From: Tubulanus polymorphus
Lineage: Eukaryota > Animalia > Nemertea
NCBI RefSeq assembly: GCF_964204645.1
Contig: NC_134033.1
Span: 1,694,131 to 1,758,130, forward strand
Length of the DNA: 64,000 bases
Reading direction: 5' to 3'
Part shown: positions 39,459 to 52,808 of the stretch, piece by piece
Layout of the letters: every line of letters starts with the position of its first letter
How positions within the stretch are numbered: position 1 is the stretch's first letter
The notes under the pieces: generated by a model
The model's input: the letters and a program-made list of their open reading frames with translations, nothing else
Database searches by the model: none
Told to the model about the DNA's origin: nothing
Program-made: the position numbers and the translations under genes

Positions 39459-39849
39459 CTGTCTCCAGCACAGCTATTACGTATGATTTATTTTCGCAAC
39501 TTGCGTTTGGTGACATTTTCTCATTTGCTGGAAAATTTATTTTCACTTTTTACGTCGCAACAGGTGTATACAATGGGGCTGGTATAGACAACAGCTAAAC
39601 AAGGACTTTTAAGGAGATTGAATTATTCGAGGTACAGTCGACTCCACTCAATTCGCACCCAAAATTAGAATCCTATATACAATGCCTTTTTCAAAAAGAG
39701 AACAAAGAAAGACATGATGCGCTATGATGTTAAATCAAGAATTTTTTCCAAAAAGAGGGAGCACGTTCCACGTTGTTCCTCCTAAAATCCACCCCTGATC
39801 GGTTTAAGTGATAACTATGTACATTTATATATATTTACAGTAAACTAAT

Positions 39850-40200
39850 GAACCAATGTCGACACCGGCAAGAATTAGGAAAATAAGTCCGTATGATGGC
39901 CAGATCTAGGTGTCAACATTAGAGCCACAATTAATCTTTTGCCGAGTAAACCGACTTCATCGACTAGCAACATGGTGACACCTGATCCCACGATGAAAGT
40001 ACTTCAGAGGCACCAACCTGACATCCAGAATTACCCAACAAAAATGTTGTATTGATGGCATTGTGTGATTGATCACCATTGATTCAAGTATGTCTCTAGT
40101 AGCTCCTGTAGTTCTTTCAGTTGGCGCAAGATTAGAATCTGCGGTGCTCGTGGAATAAAAGATAAACTTTGGAAGCTCTTTTAGAATTCGATAGACTGAC
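39850..40200 (-). pseudogene. Second copy of the decayed GPCR 5' fragment
   Basis: Collinear with 36460-36830 (e.g. CCGAGTAAACCGACTT, AGTAGCTCCTGTAGTTCTT, GATAAACTTTGGAAGCTCTTTTAGA). Confidence 0.4.
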
Positions 40201-41549
40201 ATTCTGATAGTTCATGGACTTTGTACTGGGAGCACTTATCACATTTTCAAAATGTCGTTACATTAAAAACCTTAAATATAATGATGTATGAAGATTGAAA
40301 TTTCAACAGATCAACTTTTTATTCCCCTTCGGTGGAGATTCGAACCTGGCGACATTGCTAGACTCAGCCACGCATTAAACCGTGCCACACTAGACACAGA
40401 ACGCAGGTACCTGTGCAGGTTTACCACCAGATTGCCCGTTCGCTGAGACAAATTTTACGGAAGAACCATAAATGGAAACACCTGGGCATTTAGCTGCACA
40501 CTTGGTCTACACTAGTGTCGCAGGGTGGCGATACCATCCGGTTAGAATCCCTGCCAGGGGATAAGGGTGCAACTCTTCGAACTGCATCTTTACGGTGCAT
40601 TACAACATCAGCCATCAGCAATTAGTCATAACGTAGCAATAAGCAAACGATATTTCCTGTCGAATGTGTTTCGTGTGCTCCGACTTGGTTTTGGTTATGC
40701 CATTATCAATGCGTCCTAAACGTATAACCAATCGTAAGATTGAAACCCAGCCTTAACTAAGATCTTAAAGAAGGTTAAGTTCTGCTCCTCTAACCAATCT
40801 GAATCCCAGTTTCAATCGTTCATATTGTGTTGAGTTGACTACACTTGACCAACCGCTCTTCACTCCAATGCCAACTCGGAATTACCTAGCATACATCACG
40901 AAGGGCGAAAGAGACTTTACTACGTGCAAGACCAGTTGCACATTTTTAGACTATTCTAAGCTCTTCTTAGTTTTATATCCAATCTAGTACCTTGTAATGC
41001 AAATAAAATTGCCACGAGTGAATAATTAGGACATGTATTCCACGAAGAAGGAGAGAGGAGATACAGATCAAAAAGATTTTTAAAAACGTCAAATAATGTA
41101 AGGTGTTTTAAAAGTGCTATGCGGAATTTTATTCAACCGAGTCGTCCAGAGAGAAAATTCAATTCAATTCATTAACAAATTGATTTTTGAATCAATACCA
41201 ACAACAGCAACAATGGTAACTACAGCAACAAACAGAAACAGTACACGCCAAAACAAAACCACAAAATCACACATTTTCAACTACAACCTAAAAAATAGAA
41301 AAACATAAAAATTTGAATTGAAGCTGCACCTCTGCTTATGAGCATAAGTGATTAATGTGAAACACGTATTCATTTTATCCATTCATAACCAATTTTATCA
41401 AGTTACCCAATCAAGACTAAGGCCACTCGAAATTGAAATATTTCAGTATTTGCTATTTACGTGGCGAAATTTGATGACTTAAAAAAAACGTTTCATTCGG
41501 ATTTTACCTTTTATATCTAACGAAGGAATGAAGTTTTTCAAGTATGAGT

Positions 41550-42567
41550 TTAGTAGTAACCGCCAGCATGACCGCTGTTGCCATAGGCATCGTTGGCGTA
41601 TCCACCTTGGGCTCCGTAACCTTTGTTGAAACCACTAGCACCTCCGCCTTTAGCGAATCCGTTCTTGTATCCGGCAGCTCCGCCATTAGCGAATCCAGCG
41701 TGACCACTGGCAGCGCCGTAACCTCCTTTGGCGAATTGGGCGCCTCCGGCAGCGTGGGCATTGTTGGAACCTTGAGCTTTAACACCTCCGTAACCACGAC
41801 GAGCTCTCAAGCCAGCTCTGTTATTCCAGGCCGTATCGACAGACTTAAGATGTCCGGCTCTTTGGTTGTATGTGTCGAGGTCGTTGTAGCCTCGGTTGGC
41901 GGCGAAAGATCCTTGGGCAGCTTGTCCGCGGACGTACCCTCGACTACCTTTAGCGCCATGTCCTCCAGCTCGGTTGAATCCACCATAACCGCGGTTACCG
42001 AATCGGTTGTAGCCAGCAGCATTACCTCTGGCGCCATATCCTCGGTTGAAACCGGCAGCATGACCTCCATGAGCACCACCTCCGCGGTTGCTGACTCCAA
42101 AGTTGTTGTGACCGCTTCCATATGCACGCGGGGCATAACCATAGCCGCCTCCGTAGCCACCACCTCCTCCGTAGCCACCACCGCCTCCAGCTCCGTAGCC
42201 ACCACCTCCTCCGACTCCGTAACCACCGCCTCCTCCGGCTCCGTAGCCACCACCTCCTCCGACTCCGTAGCCACCGCCTCCTCCGGCTCCGTAGCCACCA
42301 CCTACTCCTACTCCGTAGCCGCCGCCTCCTCCGGCTCCGTAGCCGCCGCCTCCTCCGGCGCCGTAACCTCCTCCAGCTCCGTAGCCTCCGCCGCCTACAA
42401 TGTGATAGATTGGAAATGTAGACGAAAATTATCTTTAAGATATTCGACCGGAGAAAATTCGAAAGCAATGACACATTCAGGTCGGAATAAATGAAGAAAG
42501 GATACTATTTACCGTAATAGCTAGCGGCCACCGTGGAAATGATACACAGGATCACTGCAAACTTCAT
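41550..42567 (-). CDS. G3: secreted Gly/Tyr-rich structural protein (299 aa)
   Basis: Exons 42513-42567 (signal exon identical to G2) and 41550-42394; core Trp at 41826-41828. Confidence 0.9.
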
Positions 42568-43479
42568 ATTGGATGCCTGAAATAGAGAGACTGAGATGAT
42601 GTACGTGTATTCAACAACTAATCACTAAATACACAACCACGATGTCGAATCTCGATACAGTATTTTTTCCAGTTGTGCCGGTGAACATACCTTTAAACTG
42701 CGACACAAAACAATGCACTGACCTGCTCAACCACAGGTCTTTTTATACTCTTTCCAGCAAAGCTATTAATTATGATTGATAATCGCTACTTTGCGTGTGG
42801 TGACATCTTCTCATTTGCTGGAAAATTTATCCACACTTTTACGTCGTAACAGGTGTATACAATGGGACTGGTAGGCAACAGCTAAACAAGAACCTTCAAG
42901 AAGATTTAATACTTCGATATACAGTAAACTCCGCTCAATTCGTACCTAAAATCTCACTTGAGAGTGATACGTGAATTGTGTAATTTCATATCAAATTGTT
43001 TCATTAAGGTATTTCGTCAAACATCTGAGTTACCTACGAGTTGATAAAACATGGCCTGGAGGAGTCTTCTGTATGTTCTTCACGAGGTTCCTCATTTCGA
43101 GCACATCTATTGCGAGACTTGGAACATGTTCTCCACTAGACTCCATCCGTTTTAACCTAGTTCAACGGTCAGAACTTGGAGGCCACATTACAAGCGAAGA
43201 AATTCGGACAACTTTATCAACATTTTAACGCTACATTCTGATTTAAGACTAAACTGGAATTCAAAGGCATTTGCAGCAAACGTGTAGGTTTACTCGAATA
43301 CTCGAATGACCTACATACACGAATGACCTTACAAATCAAATCCCGAGACCTGAATCTTGAAAAAAAATTAATCTATCGTTTAAGCCTTTGTTTGGGAACC
43401 TTTGCAGCAAGGTAAATAACGCCGCAACGTCTCGTGTATTTCCCTACTTGTCAGTGTGAAAATTCGAAGCATAGTTCCA

Positions 43480-44077
43480 TTGGAAAAAAAAACATATCCG
43501 TTATTTGAAAGGTTAACTGTGATTGGTGGTCGATTGGACCCAAGACCTCGCCCAAATGATGTTGTTCGGTAGTAGGTTCATTACACACAAAGATACCACC
43601 ATTATACCTTGCATTATATCCCCGCATGAAAACCCGGTTACTATTTATAGTGAAATTCTAGATATTCCGTATTATTGGAAAACAATTCCGCGAGTCTACG
43701 TTTCCGCGTAATGACAACCCCGATCGTACACACCGACGATGACGAGCGAGTTGTCTCCAAACGTTTAAGTCAGAGCTATAATTGTTATCGATACTTTCAT
43801 TACTGAAATTGGTAGTAATAAGATGTTCACTACTTGTTACATTTTGACCCGTCGCATGGACGCAACCGATGTCGTCTTTATACCACGCATCTTTCACGAC
43901 CACATCGGGTATCACTGCTCCGGCCATAGAAACCAGATAGATTAATTTAGCCAACTCTGAATTTCTGAATTGAGGTCCTTCAAATAGGAACCATACGATG
44001 CACGCTCGTTCCCGGGATGCAAGGCAAAGTAGATTAGAACTCGATGATTGTATGAGGTTTACGTGCTTTCCTTGCAA
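43480..44077 (-). pseudogene. Decayed rhodopsin-GPCR fragment (TM3-TM7 region)
   Basis: The ORF reads NLLCLASRERACIVWFLF, comparable with WSLVLLSVERLVVVGFPL of the intact GPCR. It continues with TM4-like LIYLVSMAGAVIP, an ECL2 Cys, then frameshifted GVVITRKRR...EY/RISL. Confidence 0.6.
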
Positions 44078-45182
44078 TTTGCAAGCTAAGTGGCTGAGGT
44101 GAATTTCACCAAGAGGGTTTCAGGGGCAGATCCAGGAGTAAACTTGGAGGAGAACCAATGAGCTTGAATTCACGATTCAAGGACAATATGGGGGTGGGTC
44201 TGCGGGCCCGCCCGAAAAAGATTTTTCAAAATGAAGCTGATTTTGAAGTCATGATTCTTGATACACAGCCACCCTATTTCAGGCAACAACACGCCAAAAG
44301 CAGAACAGCTTTATATTCTGAAAACTCTATGAGGTAACAATTCAATTCAAGTGATCTCCTTGTCCTGTTCCGCGTTTTGACATTACAATTCAAACTTGTT
44401 TTTGGTTTCGCCATTATCAGTTCGTCCTGCGCGCATAACCAATCGTAAGATTGTAACCCAGCCATAACTCAGACCTCGAGTAAGGCAAGGTTCTGCTCCT
44501 TTAACCATACAAAAACCGATAACACACGGCCCACCTACTCTTCACTTCAATGCCAACTCAGAATTGTAAAAATAAGTATACTTCATGAAGGGTGAAATAA
44601 ACTCTACTGCATGCCATGGACTAGCTTCTAAAGCTGACTTCAGTCCTATAACCAATCTATTGAATTCGAATCCAAACAAAATTATGTTGAATGATAGACT
44701 TTGACATATATTCCACTAATTGAGAGGCGAGGAGATAGAGAGAAAAAAATAAACACAAGATAATGTATAGTGTTTTATAAGTGCTATGCGGGTTTTATTC
44801 AACCGAGTCGTCCAGAGAGAAAATTCAATTTATTATCAAATTAATCAATTTTTTAATCAATACCAATAACAGCAACAATGGTAACTACAGCAACAAACAG
44901 AAACAGTGCACGCCAAAACAAAACCACGATATCACACATTTTCAACTACAACCTACAAAAATAGAAGTACATAGCAATTGGGTCGAAGCTTCACAGCTGA
45001 TGAGATCTAGCGAGTAGAATAAAACAAAATATCTCAGGGGACCATAAATTATCCATTTCATCAACCCGACCGATACAAACTCAAAACAATTCAACATTGG
45101 GTGAGATTTGGATGAAGATAACCTTTCATTAAGATTTTACCTTTTATTTCTAACGAAGGGATGAAGTTTTTCAAGTATGAGT

Positions 45183-46294
45183 TTAGTAGTAACCGCCAGC
45201 ATAACCGTTGTTGCCATAGGCATTGTTAGCGAATCCACCTTTGGCTCCGTAACCTTTGTTGAAACCATTAGCACCTCCGCCTTTAGCGAAACCGTTCTTG
45301 TAACCGGCAGCTCCGCCATTAGCGAATCCAGCATGACCGTTGGCAGCGCCGTAACCTCCTTTGGCGAATTGGGCGCCTCCGGCAGCGTGGGCTCTGTTGG
45401 AACCTTGAGCGGCAGCACCTCCGTAACCTTTACGAGCACTCAAGCCAGCTTTGTTATTCCAGGCCTTATCAGTGGTCTTAAGATGTCCGGCTTGGTTGTT
45501 GAATGTGTCGAGATTATTGTGAGCTCGGTTGGCAGCGAAAGATCCTTGGGCACCTTGTCCGCGGACGAATCCTTGACTTCCTTTAGCGCCATGTCCTCCA
45601 GCGCGGTTGAATCCAACGTTTCCGCGGTTACCGAATCGGTTGTGACCAGCAGCATTACCTGTGGCGCCATATCCTCGGTTGAAACCGGCAGCATGACCTC
45701 CATGAGCACCACCTCCGCGGTTGTGGACTCCAAAGTTGTTGTGGCCGGCTCCATGAGCACCTCCTCTGTAGCCACCACCTCCTCCGACTCCGAAACCACC
45801 ACCGCCGCCTCCTCCGGCTCCGAAACCACCACCTCCTCCGGCTCCGAAACCGCCGCCTCCTCCAGCTCCGTAGCCACCGCCTCCTCCTGCTCCGAAACCA
45901 CCGCCTCCTCCAGCTCCGTAGCCACCGCCTCCTCCGACTCCGAAACCGCCGCCTCCTCCAGCTCCGTAGCCGCCGCCTCCTCCGACTCCGAAACCACCGC
46001 CTCCTCCACCTCCGTAGCCACCACCTCCTCCACCTCCGTAACCTCCGCCGCCTCCGACTCCATAGCCACCGCCTCCTCCGACTCCGTAGCCACCGCCTCC
46101 TCCGACTCCGTAGCCACCGCCTCCTCCGACTCCGTAGCCACCGCCTCCTCCGACTCCGCCGCCTTCAATGAAATATATTAGAAATGTAGAAAAAAATTAC
46201 ATTAAAGATATTCGACGGGAGAAAACGGATAATATTTACCGTAATAGCTAGCAGCCACCGTGGAAATGATACACAGGATCACTGCAAACTTCAT
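45183..46294 (-). CDS. G4: secreted Gly/Tyr/Phe-rich structural protein (344 aa)
   Basis: Exons 46240-46294 and 45183-46162 (AAG acceptor). GGGGYGV/GGGGFGA repeats; core Trp at 45459-45461. Confidence 0.88.
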
Positions 46295-47664
46295 ATTGGA
46301 TGCCTGAAATAGAGAAACTGAGATGATGTACGTAAATTCAACAACTCATCACTGAAAACTAAACCACAATGTCGGATCTCGATGCAGTCCTTCTTCCAGT
46401 AGTCACATACCTTTAAACTGTGACACAAACAATGCACTGATCGTCTCAACCACTGGTCTTTATATACTCTTTTCTAACACTTTTTATTTTTTTTTTTTTA
46501 ACTTTTTCAACATTTTTGTAATTACTTATGATTGATATTCGCCACTATGCGTTCGGTGACATCTTTTCATTTGCTGGCAAATTTATCTACACTTTTTACG
46601 TCGTAACAGGTGTATACAATGCGACTGGTATACACAACACCTGGCTGAAAGTGCACATCACAAACTGCCGCTTAATCGTTGTTGAGTTCGTAAAATTGAT
46701 AGCATTTTTGGCATACGGTGCGCGTCAACCTTTTGCACCTTTCGAGATGCGCTTGGCGAAAGAGAGTCACGATAAAATCAATTAAAAACATAATTTAGTA
46801 TCCTTCAGAGGTTGGATATCTTCATTTGGACTTTTCCAGTAGTTATACACAGAATTCACAAATGATAACAAAATTATATTTTCCAAAAAAACTCTGACGC
46901 CAAGAGTCACCTTTAACTTGATCATCCCGAGGCAAATGAGAAAGAGGTCGGTGCAAAAAAAACCTAGAGAATTGAGAGAGAAGGATCTGACTGGGGAAGA
47001 AGCAGCTCGAAGGAAAGCTGCCGATCGACAAGAATAGAATTCCCCATGATGCTTTTAAGAAAATGTAGAATGCAATTTGAATCAATTACCAGGTACGACA
47101 ATGAATGGTGTACCCACCAAAACGACAGCAATTTTTATTTTCATATATTTTAGAATAATAGCGTTAAGAAATGTTTCGTCGTTTCTTTTGCCCATTTGGC
47201 CGCACATGGAAATAACGGCAGAACCTGATATACTGAAGATAATATATGATTTTTTTTGTCGTTAGACCACGTCACAGCTTTCGTCACAACTGTTGACAAT
47301 GTTCGATAGCTAGACGAATAATAATTTGTCACATCGATTACCAAAACGACATAATGCATTAACTTTTAAGGACTAAGTATTCTATATAGACGTTATATTT
47401 TTAAAACTGACTCACATGGGCCCGTACGAGCTGTCATCTATTTTTAAAAAAAATTCGAAATTCATTTTCGTGGAAACGATAAACGTATGTGCATTTTGAA
47501 TATGTTAAGGTACGATCTTTTAGGTTAAAGATTTAAAACGACAAATATCTAAGATCAGAGTCGAGATGGAAAATGCTCCTGATGCTGCCTTTTAAACAAC
47601 GATACTGATCTGTATACAATCCAATCACACTGACATTTTGAAAATTTTCCAGCATTTCAATTTT

Positions 47665-47876
47665 GCACACTAGCGACACCTGGCAGATCATCGCTTGCCA
47701 CAAGTGAAATCCTGAGTCTCGGTGGATATAGGTCTTAACCGAGTAGAGGTGGATAAAGGTGTTTGACTCGGAGGTGGTGGTGGTGATTGCGACAGTGAAG
47801 TTACTTGCATTCACCGGTGATCGAACCCGGGTCTCGAACACAAGAAGCAAGCATCCTATCTAGTAGACCAAAGCTA
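47665..47876 (-). mobile_element. tRNA-derived SINE-like element
   Basis: The minus strand reads TGGTCTACTAG (A-box-like)...CCCGGGTTCGATCACCGGTGAATGCA (B-box, tRNA-Gly-like 3' half). A body follows that ends in the 77-bp satellite motif. Confidence 0.55.
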
Positions 47877-48039
47877 CTTGGCCAGTGGTTTGATGTCTTA
47901 TATGCTAAATACTACTAGAAATGAACCGAATGAATAATCTATTGCTATCTATAAAATGACGCGGCCGATTTGGAGAAACCATTATTTCAGCCCAAGTTAT
48001 GCACACTTTTTTACGACACGTCTGGAACTTTGGATCCTG

Positions 48040-48177
48040 GGGCCGGTTGCATAGTCATGGCTTAGACTTAAGACCAGTCTAAGACCAACTTAGTTCTATA
48101 GCCAATCTAACATCTTAAGACCAGTCTTAAGATTTAAGACTACTTTTGGACTTAAGTCACGACTGTGCAACTAGCCC
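48040..48177. mobile_element. PIF/Harbinger-type MITE (138 bp)
   Basis: GGGCCGGTTGCATAGTC...GACTGTGCAACTAGCCC flanked by CTG on both sides. Confidence 0.85.
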
Positions 48178-51100
48178 CTGAACCTTAACGCGTATCCAAT
48201 GTTCCTTACTGACGTTTTGACGCCGCACAAATCGTTGCAAAAATTTATAACTATTATGCGTTATCTAAGTGGCACTATGTGATTCGATGTGCACTTCGTC
48301 ATCAATATTTGCGTTTCAAAATGACAATTTTGCATTTTGTAATTAAATATGTTTTATGACTACAATATTCTATTAAAGCAATTTACATGTATTTCCATTG
48401 ATGAATTTTGAGTGATGTGCATTACGTCATCAATATTGGGGCTAGCCTGGTTAAACTAGTCGCCGGTCGATTCGATTCAATCGTCAATAGAATTATATTC
48501 AAATTCAAAATGACGTCATCGATCCTAAATGTTACATCATATTATTCTATATCGATAGTATTAGGCAATATGTTTCCGATCACACGACTTTATTTTTACT
48601 TTGATTTCCGATTTCAAAATCAAACCCCCTGTTTCGCTCACGGCAGGTGTGGTAGGCCTGTAAGGGACACTCAATCAAAAAATCAAACGAAATTTACCAG
48701 CCAAATAAATAACATGGACAATCCCTATTTTAAGATAAAAAATATGTTTGTTTTATAGTGTGAATAAACTTTGAAGTTAGTTTCCCCGTTTAACGATGAC
48801 AAGATGATATATAAGGTATGACCTGCGCCCAGTGTCCACTTGAGTATAATTGCTATTGGTTACTTCATGTTTTCAATGAGGACAACAATTCAAACTTAAC
48901 CGTCTTAAGCTAAAACTTTGTCACGAAACCGGACCCTTCACTAGTTTTATTTCCGTCAGTTCTTTACCTGAACATTAAAACAAAACATGGATTGGAGGAA
49001 GGTTTTGTCAATGGACTGATTGACTGGAAAACGACGTGATTCTTTTCAGTTGTGTCCCTTACATCGCGGGATAAAGTTCTGCACCTTGGACAACTATATG
49101 TATTCTCCGTCATGATCAACACCGTGCCTGTTCCAGCATCGGTTCAGTTTCTACAATAACCAGTAAAATGAGTCCATCAGGATCGAAACATGCACCCACC
49201 CTCCTTCAAAATCGAAAACGAGCAGACCTGTTACTACATTGCTTCGAGTTGGTTCACAAGCCGTTCGTTGTTTTGGTGCACGGTTTTCCCACCAGATGGA
49301 ACAGTAGACACTTAAGCGATCAACATGCTTAAGTATAATCTGACCTCCTTTTTGACGTCGTAAAAACCGTTGCAATAATGTTTATATACATTGATAGTAT
49401 GCGTTGAAGGACTTCTGAGTGAGTCGTTGTGTATTATGTCATCAATTGGTGTTTCAAAATAATATTCTGGCGGGTATTTTCAACGGATATATTACATAAC
49501 TCTTATTTCTTGTTTGATAGATTTTAACAAGTTTTCGGAGAGGATGTGCAATACGTCATCAATACCGTGGCTAGACTGGTTGCCGGTCAATTCTATTGAA
49601 TACAATTCCAAAATAACTTAGATAATCCTTAAAATTATATCATTTAGGTTATATCGTTTATTGTCGACAATATCAAGTAGTAAAATATGTGTGATTTTCC
49701 AAGGAGTCAATAAACTTTCAAGCTAGTTTTTTCGTTTTTTATTCCAGCAATGAATTTTAAGGATAGTTTGATACTACTGGAGCACCTGGCGGATCCTCGG
49801 CTGCCAGGGGATGAATCCTCTGCAATCACAGTAGAACTAGGACCTGGAAGAGGTTCTTCAGGAACCTTATTTTCATCGCCACGGGTGATTTGTACTTTAT
49901 TCTCGGAATGAAGTAGTCAGATTCTCGATAATTTTTCATTGCGGTTGTGGCTAAGATAATGCGGCTTTGTCGATACACTGTTCCGCTCTTAAGGGTTCTG
50001 CAGTAGCGTTCAATGTTTTTTTTAACACCACGACCGTATCCAACCACATTACGCAAGGAACGTGCATCACGATTCTAGTTTTTTTTGGTTAGTTTTTTGT
50101 TTGTTTTTTCTTGCATTATCGGTTAAGCCCTATCGGTTTGTTCATTAAACCACTTAATGGTTTAAACCTTGCAATGGCCTTTGAAGTATTGCCCGCTCTC
50201 TGCAACCAGCCAGCAGGACTCGGACCTGCGTGGCTTTTCTCACGACTAACCCTATTGACTATCCATTTGACCTCACGACGGAATCATGGTCTTTGCTGTA
50301 TTGTTTGCACACTAAAAAGTAACCAACATGATACAAATCTGATTGTGTCACTCAGCACTGATAGCAGTGAATGCAACAGCATGACGTCTCGTCCCAATAA
50401 GCTAGACCACTGTGTGTCGAAACCCGGGAGGGGGAAGCCCGAAATCGCCGTCTGAGAGCGCCGCTGTTCTTGTCCGGGATGTATGCACTTCCCCTCCTGT
50501 CCTGCACGGCGATGTCGAAACCAGAGACCAAAAATAACCAACGTCTCAACTCAGGTTGATAAATGATGCAAGGATTCTATTGCATGAACTTTAGCAACTG
50601 ACAATATCCTATTACCCTTACCCCGCGTGTTGCGCTGCCTCTGCTCTGGCTCCGGCCGATGTTGCCACCAATGTTGCTCTCCCTGTTTTTTCCCCCAGAG
50701 TACAGTTTGTACCGTGCATTTATTCTATAAATTTATCGTTATCTAATTCCGGGTTTTATTAGAAAGCTTTTAATTATTCCATAATACTAGACGTCAGGAA
50801 TTGTCCCACAAGCTGGAGATAGCGTAATAGCAGACAGTGATACGTAGTTAAATTGATTAGAATTCCTATGTCACAACAGTATCTATGTAGGTGTCGTGTA
50901 TGGCCATCACCGGCTCATATCGTCTTCTTGGCATAAGCCCTAGTTCGACTGCATAACGTTTCGTTCTGATGTAGATTGGTGGCAAAGGTTTTTTATCTGC
51001 CTTGTACAAAACTTTTTTAAATCGCGATCAGGCTAACCATAACATACCCGGTAGTTACAGAAATGAATTGATTACTGTTATTACAGTTAATCTTATTGCA

Positions 51101-51705
51101 GTTTACGAAAGCGACCCGAGCGATGGGGAAAAACAAGGTATCGTTTTTTACTCCTCGTGAAAAAAAGCCAATAACATTGAAGCAAGATACGTTTGATTCT
51201 ATTTAAAAAAAAACTTCATAATTCGTTTATTGTTTTTCGTCATATAGATCTTTTCGACAATATACAAACACAAAATAGAAGCACAAAGTAAAGAGGATCC
51301 CAATTGGACGTGAAGAACTGGTTGAAATCTGTTTGGCATCTCACTTGAAATCTGCAACAAAAACAACGAAGAATCTTTGTAATTAAAAAACTCTTTCTGA
51401 GAAAAATGGCTGCATCCATTAGCCTAGGGATTTAATTCTAAACAGCCTTTGGGAACACACTTTTGACATCATCAAAATGCGTAAGGTGACCTATAGAACC
51501 TTCCACAAAAATGGCTGCCTTCATGAATTCCCCTATGCCATCATTTAAATGCTTTATATGAAAAATTATCTACTCAAATAGACGGAAAAAGATCGATGCC
51601 TTCGTTGGTACAAATCTTCCAACTCAGTTAAAAAGCAACGCTTTTGCTATTGATATTTGTATGAACTATGTTTGGGCGTACCTCTGTTTAATGCCATCTT
51701 TCTGT

Positions 51706-52808
51706 TTATGCGTATCCGTAATTTTTAGCGTTGTTGCCGTAAGCTTTGTTGGCGTAGTTGCCTTTAGCACCGTAACCTTTGTTGTAACCGTTGGCATTAC
51801 CCTGATTGGCGTAACCTTTATTGTATCCGGCAGCTCCGCCATTAGCGAATCCACCGTGACCACTGGCGGCACCGTATGCTCCTTTCTTGAATTGGGCGCC
51901 ACCGGCGGCGTGGGAGTTTTGGGAACCTTGTCCAGCAACTGATCCATAGCCATTCCGAGATTTCAAGCCAGCGCGTTCATCCCAGACCTTATCGACAGCT
52001 CTAAGACTTCCGGCTCGTTGATTGTATTTGTCGAGGTTGTTGTAACCTCCACGTTGGGCAAAGGAACCCTGTGCACCGGAGCTTTTGACAGCTCCATTGC
52101 TGCCGCTGGCGCCGTAACCTCCGGCATTCTTGTATCCGCCATGTCCTTGGTTACCGTACTTTTTGAAACCTTGGTCGTGACCTTGGTTGCCATATCCTTG
52201 GTTGTAGCCGTTACCGTAGGCACCGTAGGCCTGAGCTCCACGGTTGCTGCCTCCGTAGGCGTTGTAAGCGTTTCCATATGGACGTGGCTGGTACATTATT
52301 CTTCCTCCTCCGTAGCCACCACCTCCTCCCCTTCCGTAGCCACCTCCACGTCCCATTCCGTAGCCGCCTCCGTATCCTCCGGCTCCACCGCCTCCGTAAC
52401 CTCCGCCTCCACCGCCTCCGTAACCTCCGCCTCCACCACCTCCGTAACCTGCGGCTCCACCGCCTCCGTAACCTCCGCCTCCACCGCCTCCGTAACCTCC
52501 GGCTCCACCGCCTCCGTAACCTCCGCCTCCACCGCCTCCGTAACCTCCGGCTCCACCGCCTCCGTAACCTCCGGCTCCACCGCCTCCATAACCTCCGGCT
52601 CCACCGCCTCCGTAACCTCCGGCTCCACCGCCTCCGTAACCTCCGCCGCCTACGGGCATGTAGCCTCCTATAAGTTAAAAGTGAATTTAAGAATGAAGAT
52701 AGCGAAATAATGAACAGAAATGTGACAGAGCGAGAGAGAGAGAGTGCATCAATATTTACCAGCATATACAGCAGCAAACAGCCCAATAAAAGTAATAGCA
52801 ATCTTCAT
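51706..52808 (-). CDS. G5: secreted Gly/Tyr/Lys-rich structural protein (336 aa)
   Basis: Exons 52760-52808 (MKIAITFIGLFAAVYAG) and 51706-52667. GGYGGGGA repeats; core Trp at 51982-51984. Confidence 0.9.

Noticed and set aside
47806-47876. Functional tRNA gene
   Set aside because: The acceptor and anticodon stems do not pair properly and there is no poly-T terminator; better read as a SINE head. The same applies to tRNA-like boxes at ~40330-40390 and ~52990-53050.
48990-50700. Coding-like patches between G4 and G5
   Set aside because: Short interrupted ORFs with no family I can recognise; probably decayed transposon sequence.
32063-52801. Long alternative-frame and antisense ORFs over G1-G5 (poly-Arg, Glu/Ala-rich, Ser/Thr-rich, His/Leu-rich)
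   Set aside because: By-products of GGN/TAC codon repeats that lack stops in other frames. Only the Gly frame joins the signal-peptide exon and ends at the conserved stop.
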